From an uncultured Acidobacteriota bacterium (GTDB lineage: Bacteria; Acidobacteriota; Thermoanaerobaculia; UBA5066; Gp7-AA6), in NCBI GenBank assembly GCA_963764715.1, contig CAVXTP010000013.1, forward strand, positions 64,001 to 128,000: a DNA stretch of 64,000 nucleotides. Reading direction: 5' to 3'. The translations under genes were made by a program, and so were the position numbers. Below, in pieces: positions 1 to 8,636 of the stretch. Position 1 is the first letter of the stretch. The number at the start of each line of letters is the position of its first letter. A model generated the notes under the pieces. That model had not been told where the DNA came from. It worked only from the letters and a program-made list of their open reading frames with translations, and ran no database searches.

Positions 1-7
1 GCGGCAC

Positions 8-121
8 GTGACGAGCGCCTGGCTTCCCAAGACCTTCACCACGCCCCGGGTCTTCATCCTGCGGATGCGCAACGTTCCCGCGATCGACGCGTCGGAGCCG
101 GCCGGAGCGCGGCACGCATGA
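8..121 (+). pseudogene. Short ORF resembling an internally deleted SulP/STAS sulfate permease (may extend beyond window edge)
   Basis: Frame reads VTSAWLPKTFTT-PRVFILRMRNVPAIDAS-EPAGARHA*; second block resembles the STAS motif of SulP transporters, first block resembles SulP N-termini; stop overlaps next ATG (ATGA at 118-121). Confidence 0.4.
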
Positions 122-597
122 CGGCGGAGCCGAAGCCCCCGACCTCGGGCGTGAAGTTCCCGCCCCCCGCCATCTACGTCCTGGCGCTCGCGGCGGGGTT
201 CTTCGTCCGCTGGCGGTGGCCGGCCTCGATCGTTCCCGGCCGCGACCCCGAGGTGCGGGTGGCGGGCGTCGCGGCCTTCCTGCTCGGCCTCGGGCTCGCC
301 CTCTGGGCGGTCGGGACCTTCCTCGCCACGGGAACGAGCCCCAACCCGACCCGACCGACCTCGGCCCTCGCGTTCGCCGGACCGTACCGCTTCACGCGCA
401 ACCCGATGTACCTGGGGCTCGCGGCGGCGAGCGCCGGCGTGGCGATGTTCTGGAACGCCCTGTGGCCGCTGCTCTGCGTGCCGGTCGCAATGGCGCTCGT
501 CACGCGCTTCGTGATCGCCCGCGAGGAACGCTACCTCGCGTCCCGGTTCGGGCCCCCGTATCTCGACTACACCCGGAAGGTCCGCCGATGGATCTGA
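118..597 (+). CDS. Isoprenylcysteine carboxyl methyltransferase / PEMT family membrane protein
   Basis: Hydrophobic helices; GPYRFTRNPMYLG and IAREERYL...FG..Y..Y...VRRWI motifs. Confidence 0.9.
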   Translation: MTAEPKPPTSGVKFPPPAIYVLALAAGFFVRWRWPASIVPGRDPEVRVAGVAAFLLGLGLALWAVGTFLATGTSPNPTRPTSALAFAGPYRFTRNPMYLGLAAASAGVAMFWNALWPLLCVPVAMALVTRFVIAREERYLASRFGPPYLDYTRKVRRWI

Positions 598-1664
598 GCC
601 GCCACCGCTGGAACGGCGAGGCGCTGCTCGAGCGCCACGACGCCGAGACCGGCGCGACCATCCTCATCGCCCTGCACTCCTCGCGCCTCGGGCCCGCTTC
701 CGGCGGCACCCGGATGAAGACCTATCCGGACCTCGCGGCGGCGCGGCGCGACGCCGAGCGCCTGTCGGAAGGCATGACGTACAAGTGGGCCGCCGCGGGC
801 TTCCCGCGGGGCGGGGGCAAGGCCGTGCTCGCCGTGCCGCCGGGCCTGGCCGGCGACGCGCGCGACGGGTTGCTGCGGCGCTACGGGGCCCTCATCCAGG
901 ACCTCGGCGGGCGGTTCTGGACGGGCGCCGACGTGGGCACGTCGTCGCGGGACATGGACGTGATCGCCGAGACCGGGGCGCCCTACGTCTTCAGCCGGAC
1001 CCCGGCGCACGGCGGCGCGGGCGACTCCGCGGGCTGGACGGCGCTCGGCGTCGAAGCCGGCATCCGGGCGACGTGCGCGCGCCTCTTCGGCGATCCGTCG
1101 CTTTCGGGCCGCCGCATCGTCGTCCAGGGCGCCGGCAGCGTGGGGGCCGCGCTCATCGCGAGGCTGCGGGCGGCCGGCGCGGAGGTCGCGTTCAGCGACG
1201 TGGACGAGGCGGCCGTGCGCCGCCAACGCGACGAAGGCCTCGCGTACCTCGATCCGGCAACGGTCCTCGAGGCGCCGTGCGACGTCCTCTCCCCGTGCGC
1301 GCTCGGCGGAGTGCTCGACTCCGCGACGATCCCGCGCCTTCGGTGCCGGGCCGTGGCCGGGGCCGCGAACAACCAGCTCGGCGAGCCGGAGGACGCCGAG
1401 CGCCTGCGGGCGAGGGGGATCCTCTACGCCCCGGACTTCGTGATCAACGCCGGGGGCGCCGTGGGGATCACCGGCCAGGAATCCCTGGGCTGGGCGGAAG
1501 AGCGCGCCCGGGAAGAAGTCCTCCGGATCGGCCCGACCCTCGAGCGCGTCTACGCGCTCGCCGAGGCGCAGGGCCTCACCACGGACGCGGCGGCGCGGCG
1601 GATCGCCGAGGAAAGGCTTCGGGCGGGCCCTCGCCCTAGCGCGCCGCCTGGCGGGGCGCGCTGA
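588..1664 (+). CDS. Glu/Leu/Phe/Val dehydrogenase (leucine dehydrogenase-like)
   Basis: LGPASGGTRM, GMTYK, GGGKAV, QGAGSVG Rossmann, AGAANNQL, PDFVINAGG; start set at ATG 588 overlapping the upstream gene end. Confidence 0.9.
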   Translation: MDLSRHRWNGEALLERHDAETGATILIALHSSRLGPASGGTRMKTYPDLAAARRDAERLSEGMTYKWAAAGFPRGGGKAVLAVPPGLAGDARDGLLRRYGALIQDLGGRFWTGADVGTSSRDMDVIAETGAPYVFSRTPAHGGAGDSAGWTALGVEAGIRATCARLFGDPSLSGRRIVVQGAGSVGAALIARLRAAGAEVAFSDVDEAAVRRQRDEGLAYLDPATVLEAPCDVLSPCALGGVLDSATIPRLRCRAVAGAANNQLGEPEDAERLRARGILYAPDFVINAGGAVGITGQESLGWAEERAREEVLRIGPTLERVYALAEAQGLTTDAAARRIAEERLRAGPRPSAPPGGAR

Positions 1665-3192
1665 CGGAGCCCGGCCGGTAGTCCGGATCGATCGTCTTCA
1701 TCTTCGCCTCGACGTCCGCGGCGAGCGCCGTGCGCCCGGCCCGCCGGGCGTCGGCCGCGATCCGGTCGAGACGGAAGAGGCCCTCGCCCCACGCGTCGAA
1801 GCGCGGGTTCAGGGACAGCTCGGTGGCGACCCTCCGGATCGCCGCCTCGGCCTCCGAGGGGTCCTTCCCGTGGAGCGCGATCTCCGTTTCGAGCTGGGTG
1901 ACGAACGGCGAGACGAACCAGTCGAGATACCGCCCCTGCGCTCCGAGCTCGACGCGTCCCGCATCGAGCTTCTCCTGCGCCCGCCGCGCCGCGGCGCGCG
2001 CGTCGTCGATCCGGCCCATCGCCAGGAGCGCCTCGCCCTCGACGACCGTCGCCACGATCCGCGCGGCCGGCGTGCGCGTGTCGACCTGGAGGGCGCGCGC
2101 CACGGTCAGGGCCTCGGCGGGCTGCCCGCGGAGAAGGTAGAACTCGGCGAGGCTCGCCTGGGGCGTGCCGCGGTAGGGCAGGCGCGCGGGCGTGTCGAAG
2201 GCCCGCCGAAACGTCCGCTCGGCGTCGGCGAGCCGGTTCATCCGGAGATACGTGTAGCCCAGGAGCTGCAGGTTGTGGAGGTGGTGCCAGTCGTCGCCCG
2301 GCCGGAGGTTCTCCTCGCGGGCGTAGGCCTCCTCGATCGCGTCGGCCTTCTCGAACTGCGCGAGCGCCTCGTCCCACCGTCCGAGGCGCGGAAGGACGTG
2401 GCCGTACATGTGCTGGGCGTGGGCCACGCCCGGGCTCGAGGCCGCGTAGATCTTCCCGTGGTCCGCCGCCTCGGCATGGTGCCCGATGTTCTCGAACGAG
2501 TGGACGAGATAGTGCTGGGCGCCGAGATGGCCGGGCGAGCGCACGAGCGCGGTCTCGTAGAAGGCGATCGAGGCCGCTCCCCCGAACTGCCCCCGTCCCC
2601 ACGGGCCCGGCTCCTCGGCATTGCCGCGCAGGATCCAGAGCTCCGCGTCCTCGGGATAGGCGGCGAGCGCCCGGTCGAGCGCGGCCTTGTAGGCGGCGTG
2701 CTTCTCCGCCTCCTCGGACGGCGGCGCGGCCTGCGCCTCGATCTGCTGCGCGCGCAGCGCGACGAAAGTCTTCTCCTTCGGCGAGGCCTTCTCGGCTGCC
2801 GCCACGGCCTTCGCGATGGCGGAGGCCTCGGCGTCCGGCCGTTCGAGGCCCTGCTCGGCACGCGCGAGGCCCATCCAGCACATGGCGCAGTCGGGATCGG
2901 CCCGGAGGGCCTGCCGGAAGGAGCGCGCCGCCTCGATGAAGACGTAGTGATGGAGGAAGGTCAGGCCCTGGTCGTAGAACGCCTGCGCCGCCGGCGCGGC
3001 GGTCGTGATCGGCTGGTGGACGCTCCCGACGTCGGTCCGCAGCCGGGTCGGCCGCTCGAGGAGCGCCGGGTCGACGGGGTCGCCCGGGGCCGCGCAGCCG
3101 GCGTGCGAGACCGGCAGGTCCGCCGCCGGCGCGGCGCCGGAAAAAGAAGCGGCGAGGGCGGCGGCGAGAAACAGGCGGAACAGGGAAGTCAT
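1636..3192 (-). CDS. Exported tetratricopeptide-repeat protein
   Basis: Signal peptide MTSLFRLFLAAALAAS; AQAFYDQGL...EAARSFRQAL..DP.CAMCWMG, HYLVH and HAQHMYGH motifs; ATGA overlap with upstream gene stop. Confidence 0.8.
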   Translation of the reverse strand: MTSLFRLFLAAALAASFSGAAPAADLPVSHAGCAAPGDPVDPALLERPTRLRTDVGSVHQPITTAAPAAQAFYDQGLTFLHHYVFIEAARSFRQALRADPDCAMCWMGLARAEQGLERPDAEASAIAKAVAAAEKASPKEKTFVALRAQQIEAQAAPPSEEAEKHAAYKAALDRALAAYPEDAELWILRGNAEEPGPWGRGQFGGAASIAFYETALVRSPGHLGAQHYLVHSFENIGHHAEAADHGKIYAASSPGVAHAQHMYGHVLPRLGRWDEALAQFEKADAIEEAYAREENLRPGDDWHHLHNLQLLGYTYLRMNRLADAERTFRRAFDTPARLPYRGTPQASLAEFYLLRGQPAEALTVARALQVDTRTPAARIVATVVEGEALLAMGRIDDARAAARRAQEKLDAGRVELGAQGRYLDWFVSPFVTQLETEIALHGKDPSEAEAAIRRVATELSLNPRFDAWGEGLFRLDRIAADARRAGRTALAADVEAKMKTIDPDYRPGSVSAPRQAAR

Positions 3193-3755
3193 GAACGTCC
3201 TTTCGGAATGCCGTACGGTTCGCCGCTCTTGGCCACGTCGAACTCGCCGGATTTCCCCTTCGGAACCGAGAGCGAGACCCAGTCCTTTCCCGCGAAGTGC
3301 CTCGCGAGGAACACGATCTGCCCCACATGGTACGCGTAGTGCGTGAGCTGGCGGTTGATGGCCTGCATGACCGTGTGCGGCTCCCGCCGGATGGGGACCG
3401 TGCGCAGGACGTCGGCCGGCGACAGGGCGGCGAGCGCTTCGAAGAGCAGCCGCCAGCCCGCCTCCCACCGTCCGAGGAGCGCCTCTCGCGTGTCGGCGGC
3501 GTCGAGCTCGAACTCGGAGTCGCGGTCGCGATCGGGCTTCTCGCCGTCGGAGGTCAGGAAGTCGGTCCAGCGCGAGCGCAGGTTGCCCGCGACGTGCTTC
3601 ATGACGATGGCGATGCTGTTGGACTCGGCGTCGATGGTGCGGAACAGGTCGGCCGCCGGAACCTGGGCGATCGCCCGGTCGGCGAGGTTCTTGTACTTGC
3701 GGAGCTGCAGGGCGGCGTCCTCGAGAAACGCGGCCTCCGGCACGGCTTCTTCCAT
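3189..3755 (-). CDS. DinB superfamily / DUF1572 protein
   Basis: SNSIAIVMKHVAGNLRSRWTDFLTSDGEKPDRDRDSEF and HYAYHVGQI motifs. Confidence 0.88.
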   Translation of the reverse strand: MEEAVPEAAFLEDAALQLRKYKNLADRAIAQVPAADLFRTIDAESNSIAIVMKHVAGNLRSRWTDFLTSDGEKPDRDRDSEFELDAADTREALLGRWEAGWRLLFEALAALSPADVLRTVPIRREPHTVMQAINRQLTHYAYHVGQIVFLARHFAGKDWVSLSVPKGKSGEFDVAKSGEPYGIPKGRS

Positions 3756-3799
3756 CGCCGTGATCGTATCGCTCCGCCGCCCGCCCGTAGAATGCCGGC
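3756..3799. promoter_or_regulatory. Back-to-back -10 elements for divergent, probably leaderless dinB-like and lhr transcripts
   Basis: TAGAAT (3788-3793) 6 nt before GTG 3800; TACGAT on minus strand (3763-3768) 7 nt before ATG 3755; no Shine-Dalgarno. Confidence 0.6.
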
Positions 3800-6700
3800 G
3801 TGAGCCGAGACCCCCTGTCGGGCTTCCGCGCCCCCGTCGCGCAGTGGTTTCGCGCGTCCTTCGCGCCGCCGACCGGCGCGCAGACGAAAGGCTGGCCCCC
3901 GATCCAGGCCGGGCGCTCGACGCTGCTGCTCGCCCCGACCGGGTCGGGCAAGACGCTCGCGGCGTTCCTGGCGGCGATCGACCGCCTGATGTTCTCTCCC
4001 GAGCCCGGAAAGAAGGACCGTTGCCGGGTCCTCTACGTGTCTCCGCTCAAGGCCCTCGCCGTCGACGTCGAGCGCAACCTCCGCGTGCCGATCGCAGGAA
4101 TTGCCGCGACCTCCGCGGGCCTCGGCGTCGCGCACCGCATTCCCTCGGTCGCCATCCGCTCGGGCGACACGCCCGCGGCGGAGAGGGCCCGCATCGCGCG
4201 GACCCCGCCCGACATCCTGATCACGACGCCGGAGTCGCTCTATCTGCTGCTGACCTCGCGGGCCCGCGAGGCGCTGGCCTCGGTCGAGACCGTCATCGTC
4301 GACGAGATCCACGCGATCGCGGCGAGCAAGCGCGGCGCCCACCTCTTTCTCTCGCTCGAGCGGCTCGAGGAGCTGCGGGAGCGGGGGAGGCCCCTGCAGC
4401 GGATCGGCCTCTCCGCGACGCAGCGCCCGCTCGAGGAGATCGCCCGGCTCCTCGGCGGGGGCGAGATCGCCGGCCGGCGCGGCACGTGGACGCCGCGCCC
4501 CGTCGAGATCGTCGACGCGGGAAGCCGCAAAGTCCTGGAGCTGACGGTCGAAGTCCCGGTCGAGGACATGGCGAAGCTCGGCGAGGAGCTCGACGAGCTC
4601 CCGTCCGGGCCCGCCTCCGCCGGCCCGACGCGGCGCTCGATCTGGCCGTCGATCTATCCGCGCCTCGTCGAGCTCGTCCGCGCCCACCGGTCGACGATGA
4701 TCTTCGCCAACAGCCGCCGGCTCGCCGAACGCCTCGCCGGGGCCCTGAACGAGGCCGCCGGGGAGGAGATCGCGCTCGCGCACCACGGCTCGATCTCGCG
4801 CGAGAAGCGCCTCGAGATCGAGGACCGGTTGAAGCGCGGGCAGCTCCCCGCGATCGTCGCGACCTCCACGCTCGAGCTCGGCATCGACATGGGCGCGGTC
4901 GACCTCGTCGTCCAGATCGAGGCGCCGCCCTCGATCGCCTCCGGCCTGCAGCGCATCGGGCGCGCGGGCCACGGCGTGGGCGAGGCGTCGCGGGGCATCC
5001 TCTTCCCGAAGTACCGGGGCGATCTCCTCGCGGCGGCCGCGGCCACCGCGCGCATGGCCGAGGGGAAAGTCGAGGAGACGACCTATCCGCGCAACCCGCT
5101 CGACGTGCTCGCCCAGCAGATCGTGGCGATCGTCGCGACCGAGCCCCGGCGCGTCGACGACCTCTATCGCATGGTGCGTCGCGCGGCGCCCTTCGCGGAG
5201 CTTCCGCGCGCCTCCTTCGACGGCGTGCTCGACATGCTCTCGGGCCGCTACCCCTCGGACGAATTCGCGGAGCTCCGGCCCCGCGTCACGTGGGACCGGG
5301 TCGGCGGCGAGGTCCGCGCCCGCGAAGGAGCGCGCCGGGTCGCGGTCGTCAACGCGGGGACGATCCCGGACCGGGGGCTCTACGGCGTGTTCCTGGCCGG
5401 CGGGGACGCGCGCCGGAGCCTCCGGGTCGGTGAGCTCGACGAGGAAATGGTGTTCGAGTCGCAGCCCGGCGACGTCTTCGTGCTCGGCGCCTCGTCCTGG
5501 CGGATCGACGAGATCACCCACGACCGCGTTCTCGTGACGCCGGCTCCCGGCCTTCCGGGCAAGATGCCCTTCTGGCACGGCGATCGCCCGGGACGGCCGA
5601 CGGAGTTCGGCGCGGCGATCGGCGAGCTGTCGCGCGAGCTCTCCTCGGCGAAGGGCGCCGACGCCGAGCGGCGCCTGCGGGACGCGCACGGCCTCGATCC
5701 CCGGGCCGCGACGAACCTCGTGGCGTACCTGCGCGACCAGCGCGAGGCGACGGGGGAGGTGCCGAGCGACCGCACGCTCGTCGTCGAGCGGTACGTGGAC
5801 GAGATCGGCGACTGGCGGGTCTGCATCCTGTCGCCCTGGGGCGCCCGCGTTCACGCGCCCTGGGCCACGGCCGTGCTCGCCCGGTTGAAGGAGTCGAGCG
5901 CCGCGGACGTCGAGGCGATCTGGTCCGACGACGGCATGGTGTTCCGGATCCCCGAGTCCGACGAGCCGCCCGACGTGGCGCGCTTTCTCCCGGCGGCCGA
6001 CGAGGTCGAGGACGTCGTCGTGCGCAGCCTCGGCCAGACCTCGCTCTTCGCCGCGCGTTTTCGCGAGAATGCCGCCCGGGCGCTCCTCCTCCCGCGCCGG
6101 CACCCCGGCCGGCGCAGCCCCCTCTGGGCGCAGCGCAAGCGGGCCGCGGACCTGCTCGCCGTGGCCTCGCGGTACGGGTCCTTCCCGATCATCCTCGAGA
6201 CGTACCGCGAATGCCTGCGCGACGTCTTCGACCTCCCGGGCCTGGTCGAGATCCTGCGCAAGATCGCCTCGCGCCGGATCCGGATCGTCACGGTCGATTC
6301 AAGGACACCCTCGCCCTTCGCCGGTTCCCTGCTGTTCTCCTACGTCGCGAACTTCATCTACGACGGCGACGCCCCCCTCGCCGAGCGCCGGGCGCAGGCG
6401 CTGTCGGTCGACCAGGCGCAGCTCAAGGAGCTTCTCGGCGAGGCGGAGCTCCGCGAGCTCCTCGATCCGGACGCGATCGCCTCCCTCGAGGCCTCGCTGC
6501 AGCGGCTCGAAGGCCGCCGGGTGCGGCACGCCGACGGCGTGCACGACCTGCTGCTCTCGCTCGGCGACCTGACCGAGGAGGAGATTCGCGCCCGGTCCGA
6601 GTCGCCGGGTGAAGTCCGGGCCTGGCTCGAGACGCTGGCGAAGGGGCGCCGCGTCGTCGCCGTGCGGATCGCCGGGGAAGCGCGCTTCGCCGCCGCGGAG

Positions 6701-8305
6701 GACGTCGCGAGGCTGCGCGACGCGCTCGGCGTCGTTCCGCCGCCGGGCCTGCCCGAGGCGTTTCTCGAGCCGCTCGAGGACCCGTTGTCGGACCTGCTGT
6801 CGCGCTACGCGCGCACCCACGGTCCGTTCCGCCTCGAGGACGCGGCGGCGCGCTTCGGCCTCGCCGTGGGGATCGTGCGCCTGGCCCTCGACCGGCTCGC
6901 CGACTCCGGCCGTGTGCTCGAGGGCGATTTTCTTCCCGGCGGCTCCTCGCGCGAGTGGTGCGACGCGGGGGTGTTGCGGGCCATCAAGCGGCGCTCGCTC
7001 GCGAAGCTGCGGCGCGAGGTCGAGCCGGTCGAGCCGGCCGCGTTCGCCCGGTTCCTGGCGGAGTGGCAGGGCGTGGCGCGGCCGCGCGCGGGGCTCGAGG
7101 CGCTCCTTTCGGCGGTCGAGCAGCTCCAGGGCGCTCCCATCCCGGCCTCCGCGCTGGAGACCGAGGTTCTGCCGGCGCGGATCGAGCGGTATCGCCCCGC
7201 CGACCTCGACTTCCTGCTCGCCTCGGGCGAGATCGTCTGGCGGGGCCTCGAGCCGCTCGGCCCCTCCGACGGGCGCGTGGCGCTGTACCTGACGGACCGC
7301 GCGGCGCTCCTGGCGCCGGTCCCGGCGCCCGCCGAGGGCGAGCTCGCGGCGAAGGTGCGCGAGCTCCTGCGTGCGCGCGGCGCGCTCTTCTTCCCGGACC
7401 TGGCGGCCGAGACGGGCGCCTTCGCGGGCGACCTCGTCGAGGCCTTGTGGGACCTCGTCTGGGCGGCCGAGGTCTCGAACGACACGCTCGCGCCCCTGCG
7501 CTCGATGCTGCGCGGATCCCCGGCGAAGGCCGCCCGCCGGATCCGGGGCGGGCCCTTCCGCTCGCGGCGGCTCGGACCGCCGGGAAGCGAAGGGCGCTGG
7601 GCGCTCGTGCCCGGCTCGTCCCGGCGGACCGCGCCGACCGAGACGGAACGGCGGACCGCGCTCGTCCGCGTCCTGCTCGAGCGGCACGGCGTCGTGACGC
7701 GGGAGGCGGCCGCGGCGGAAGGGATCGTCGGCGGCTTCTCCTCCGTCTATCCGGTGCTCAAGGCGATGGAGGACCAGGGCCAGGTGCGCCGCGGCTATTT
7801 CGTGGCGGGCCTCGGTGCGACCCAGTTCGCTCTTCCGGGCGCGGACGACCGGCTGCGCGGCCAGCGCGAGGCCCCCGAGTCCGAGGACTCGCGGACCCTC
7901 GTGCTCGCCGCCACCGACCCGGCGAATCCCTGGGGCGCCGCGCTCGCCTGGCCCGCCGGGGCGGGGGAGGCGCGGCCACAGCGTGCGGCCGGGGCGCAGG
8001 TCGTCCTGCGGGACGGCGGCCTCCTCGCCTGGATCGGCCGCGCGGAGACGAACCTGCTGACGTTCCTTCCGGCCGAGGAGCCGGCCCGCAGCGCCGCGGC
8101 CCGGGACCTCGTGCAGGCGCTGGCGCGACTGGTCGAAACCGGCCGCCGGCGCGCCGTCCTGGTCGGGAAGGTGGACGGCCGCGACCCGCACGAGTCCCCG
8201 CTCGCGCCGCACATGTCCGACGCCGGGTTCTTCCTCGGATCGCGCGGCTACCTGAAACGGATGTCGCCGGCCGCGGACGGACGGCGCGCGCCGGCGGACG
8301 GCTGA
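3800..8305 (+). CDS. lhr: Long-form Lhr ATP-dependent SF2 helicase with C-terminal winged-helix/glycosylase-like domain
   Basis: APTGSGKT, TTPES, DEIH, GLSAT, HHGS, TSTLELGID, QRIGRAGH; 1501 aa; C-terminal RRGYFVAGLGATQFA and LAATDPANPWG. Confidence 0.95.
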   Translation: MSRDPLSGFRAPVAQWFRASFAPPTGAQTKGWPPIQAGRSTLLLAPTGSGKTLAAFLAAIDRLMFSPEPGKKDRCRVLYVSPLKALAVDVERNLRVPIAGIAATSAGLGVAHRIPSVAIRSGDTPAAERARIARTPPDILITTPESLYLLLTSRAREALASVETVIVDEIHAIAASKRGAHLFLSLERLEELRERGRPLQRIGLSATQRPLEEIARLLGGGEIAGRRGTWTPRPVEIVDAGSRKVLELTVEVPVEDMAKLGEELDELPSGPASAGPTRRSIWPSIYPRLVELVRAHRSTMIFANSRRLAERLAGALNEAAGEEIALAHHGSISREKRLEIEDRLKRGQLPAIVATSTLELGIDMGAVDLVVQIEAPPSIASGLQRIGRAGHGVGEASRGILFPKYRGDLLAAAAATARMAEGKVEETTYPRNPLDVLAQQIVAIVATEPRRVDDLYRMVRRAAPFAELPRASFDGVLDMLSGRYPSDEFAELRPRVTWDRVGGEVRAREGARRVAVVNAGTIPDRGLYGVFLAGGDARRSLRVGELDEEMVFESQPGDVFVLGASSWRIDEITHDRVLVTPAPGLPGKMPFWHGDRPGRPTEFGAAIGELSRELSSAKGADAERRLRDAHGLDPRAATNLVAYLRDQREATGEVPSDRTLVVERYVDEIGDWRVCILSPWGARVHAPWATAVLARLKESSAADVEAIWSDDGMVFRIPESDEPPDVARFLPAADEVEDVVVRSLGQTSLFAARFRENAARALLLPRRHPGRRSPLWAQRKRAADLLAVASRYGSFPIILETYRECLRDVFDLPGLVEILRKIASRRIRIVTVDSRTPSPFAGSLLFSYVANFIYDGDAPLAERRAQALSVDQAQLKELLGEAELRELLDPDAIASLEASLQRLEGRRVRHADGVHDLLLSLGDLTEEEIRARSESPGEVRAWLETLAKGRRVVAVRIAGEARFAAAEDVARLRDALGVVPPPGLPEAFLEPLEDPLSDLLSRYARTHGPFRLEDAAARFGLAVGIVRLALDRLADSGRVLEGDFLPGGSSREWCDAGVLRAIKRRSLAKLRREVEPVEPAAFARFLAEWQGVARPRAGLEALLSAVEQLQGAPIPASALETEVLPARIERYRPADLDFLLASGEIVWRGLEPLGPSDGRVALYLTDRAALLAPVPAPAEGELAAKVRELLRARGALFFPDLAAETGAFAGDLVEALWDLVWAAEVSNDTLAPLRSMLRGSPAKAARRIRGGPFRSRRLGPPGSEGRWALVPGSSRRTAPTETERRTALVRVLLERHGVVTREAAAAEGIVGGFSSVYPVLKAMEDQGQVRRGYFVAGLGATQFALPGADDRLRGQREAPESEDSRTLVLAATDPANPWGAALAWPAGAGEARPQRAAGAQVVLRDGGLLAWIGRAETNLLTFLPAEEPARSAAARDLVQALARLVETGRRRAVLVGKVDGRDPHESPLAPHMSDAGFFLGSRGYLKRMSPAADGRRAPADG

Positions 8306-8306
8306 G

Positions 8307-8636
8307 ATGCCCGAAGGCGACACGATCTTCCGCGCCGCCCGCGGCCCGCGCGAAACCCGCCCGAGCCTGACGCGCGAGAGGACCTGGGTCTACGGCCGGA
8401 GCGGGAGGGCCTGCCGGCGTTGCGCAACGGCGATCCGCATGCGCCGGCAGGGAGTCGACGCCCGGTCCACGTACTGGTGCGCCGCGTGCCAGGCCGGCCG
8501 CGGCGAGAGCCCTAGGCTTTCGGCCGCGGCAGCGTCATCCCGGAGGACAGGAGCTTCGCGAACTCGGCGTCTTCCATGGGGCGGGCGAGGAAGAATCCCT
8601 GCCCGAATTCACAGGCCGTCTCGCGCAGGGCGCTGA
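8307..8636 (+). pseudogene. Internally deleted Fpg/Nei (endonuclease VIII-like) DNA glycosylase: N-terminal 12 aa fused in frame to zinc finger
   Basis: MPEGDTIFRAAR followed directly by WVYGRSGRACRRC...RSTYWCAACQ; beta-sandwich and H2TH domains missing; typical position downstream of lhr. Confidence 0.8.
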
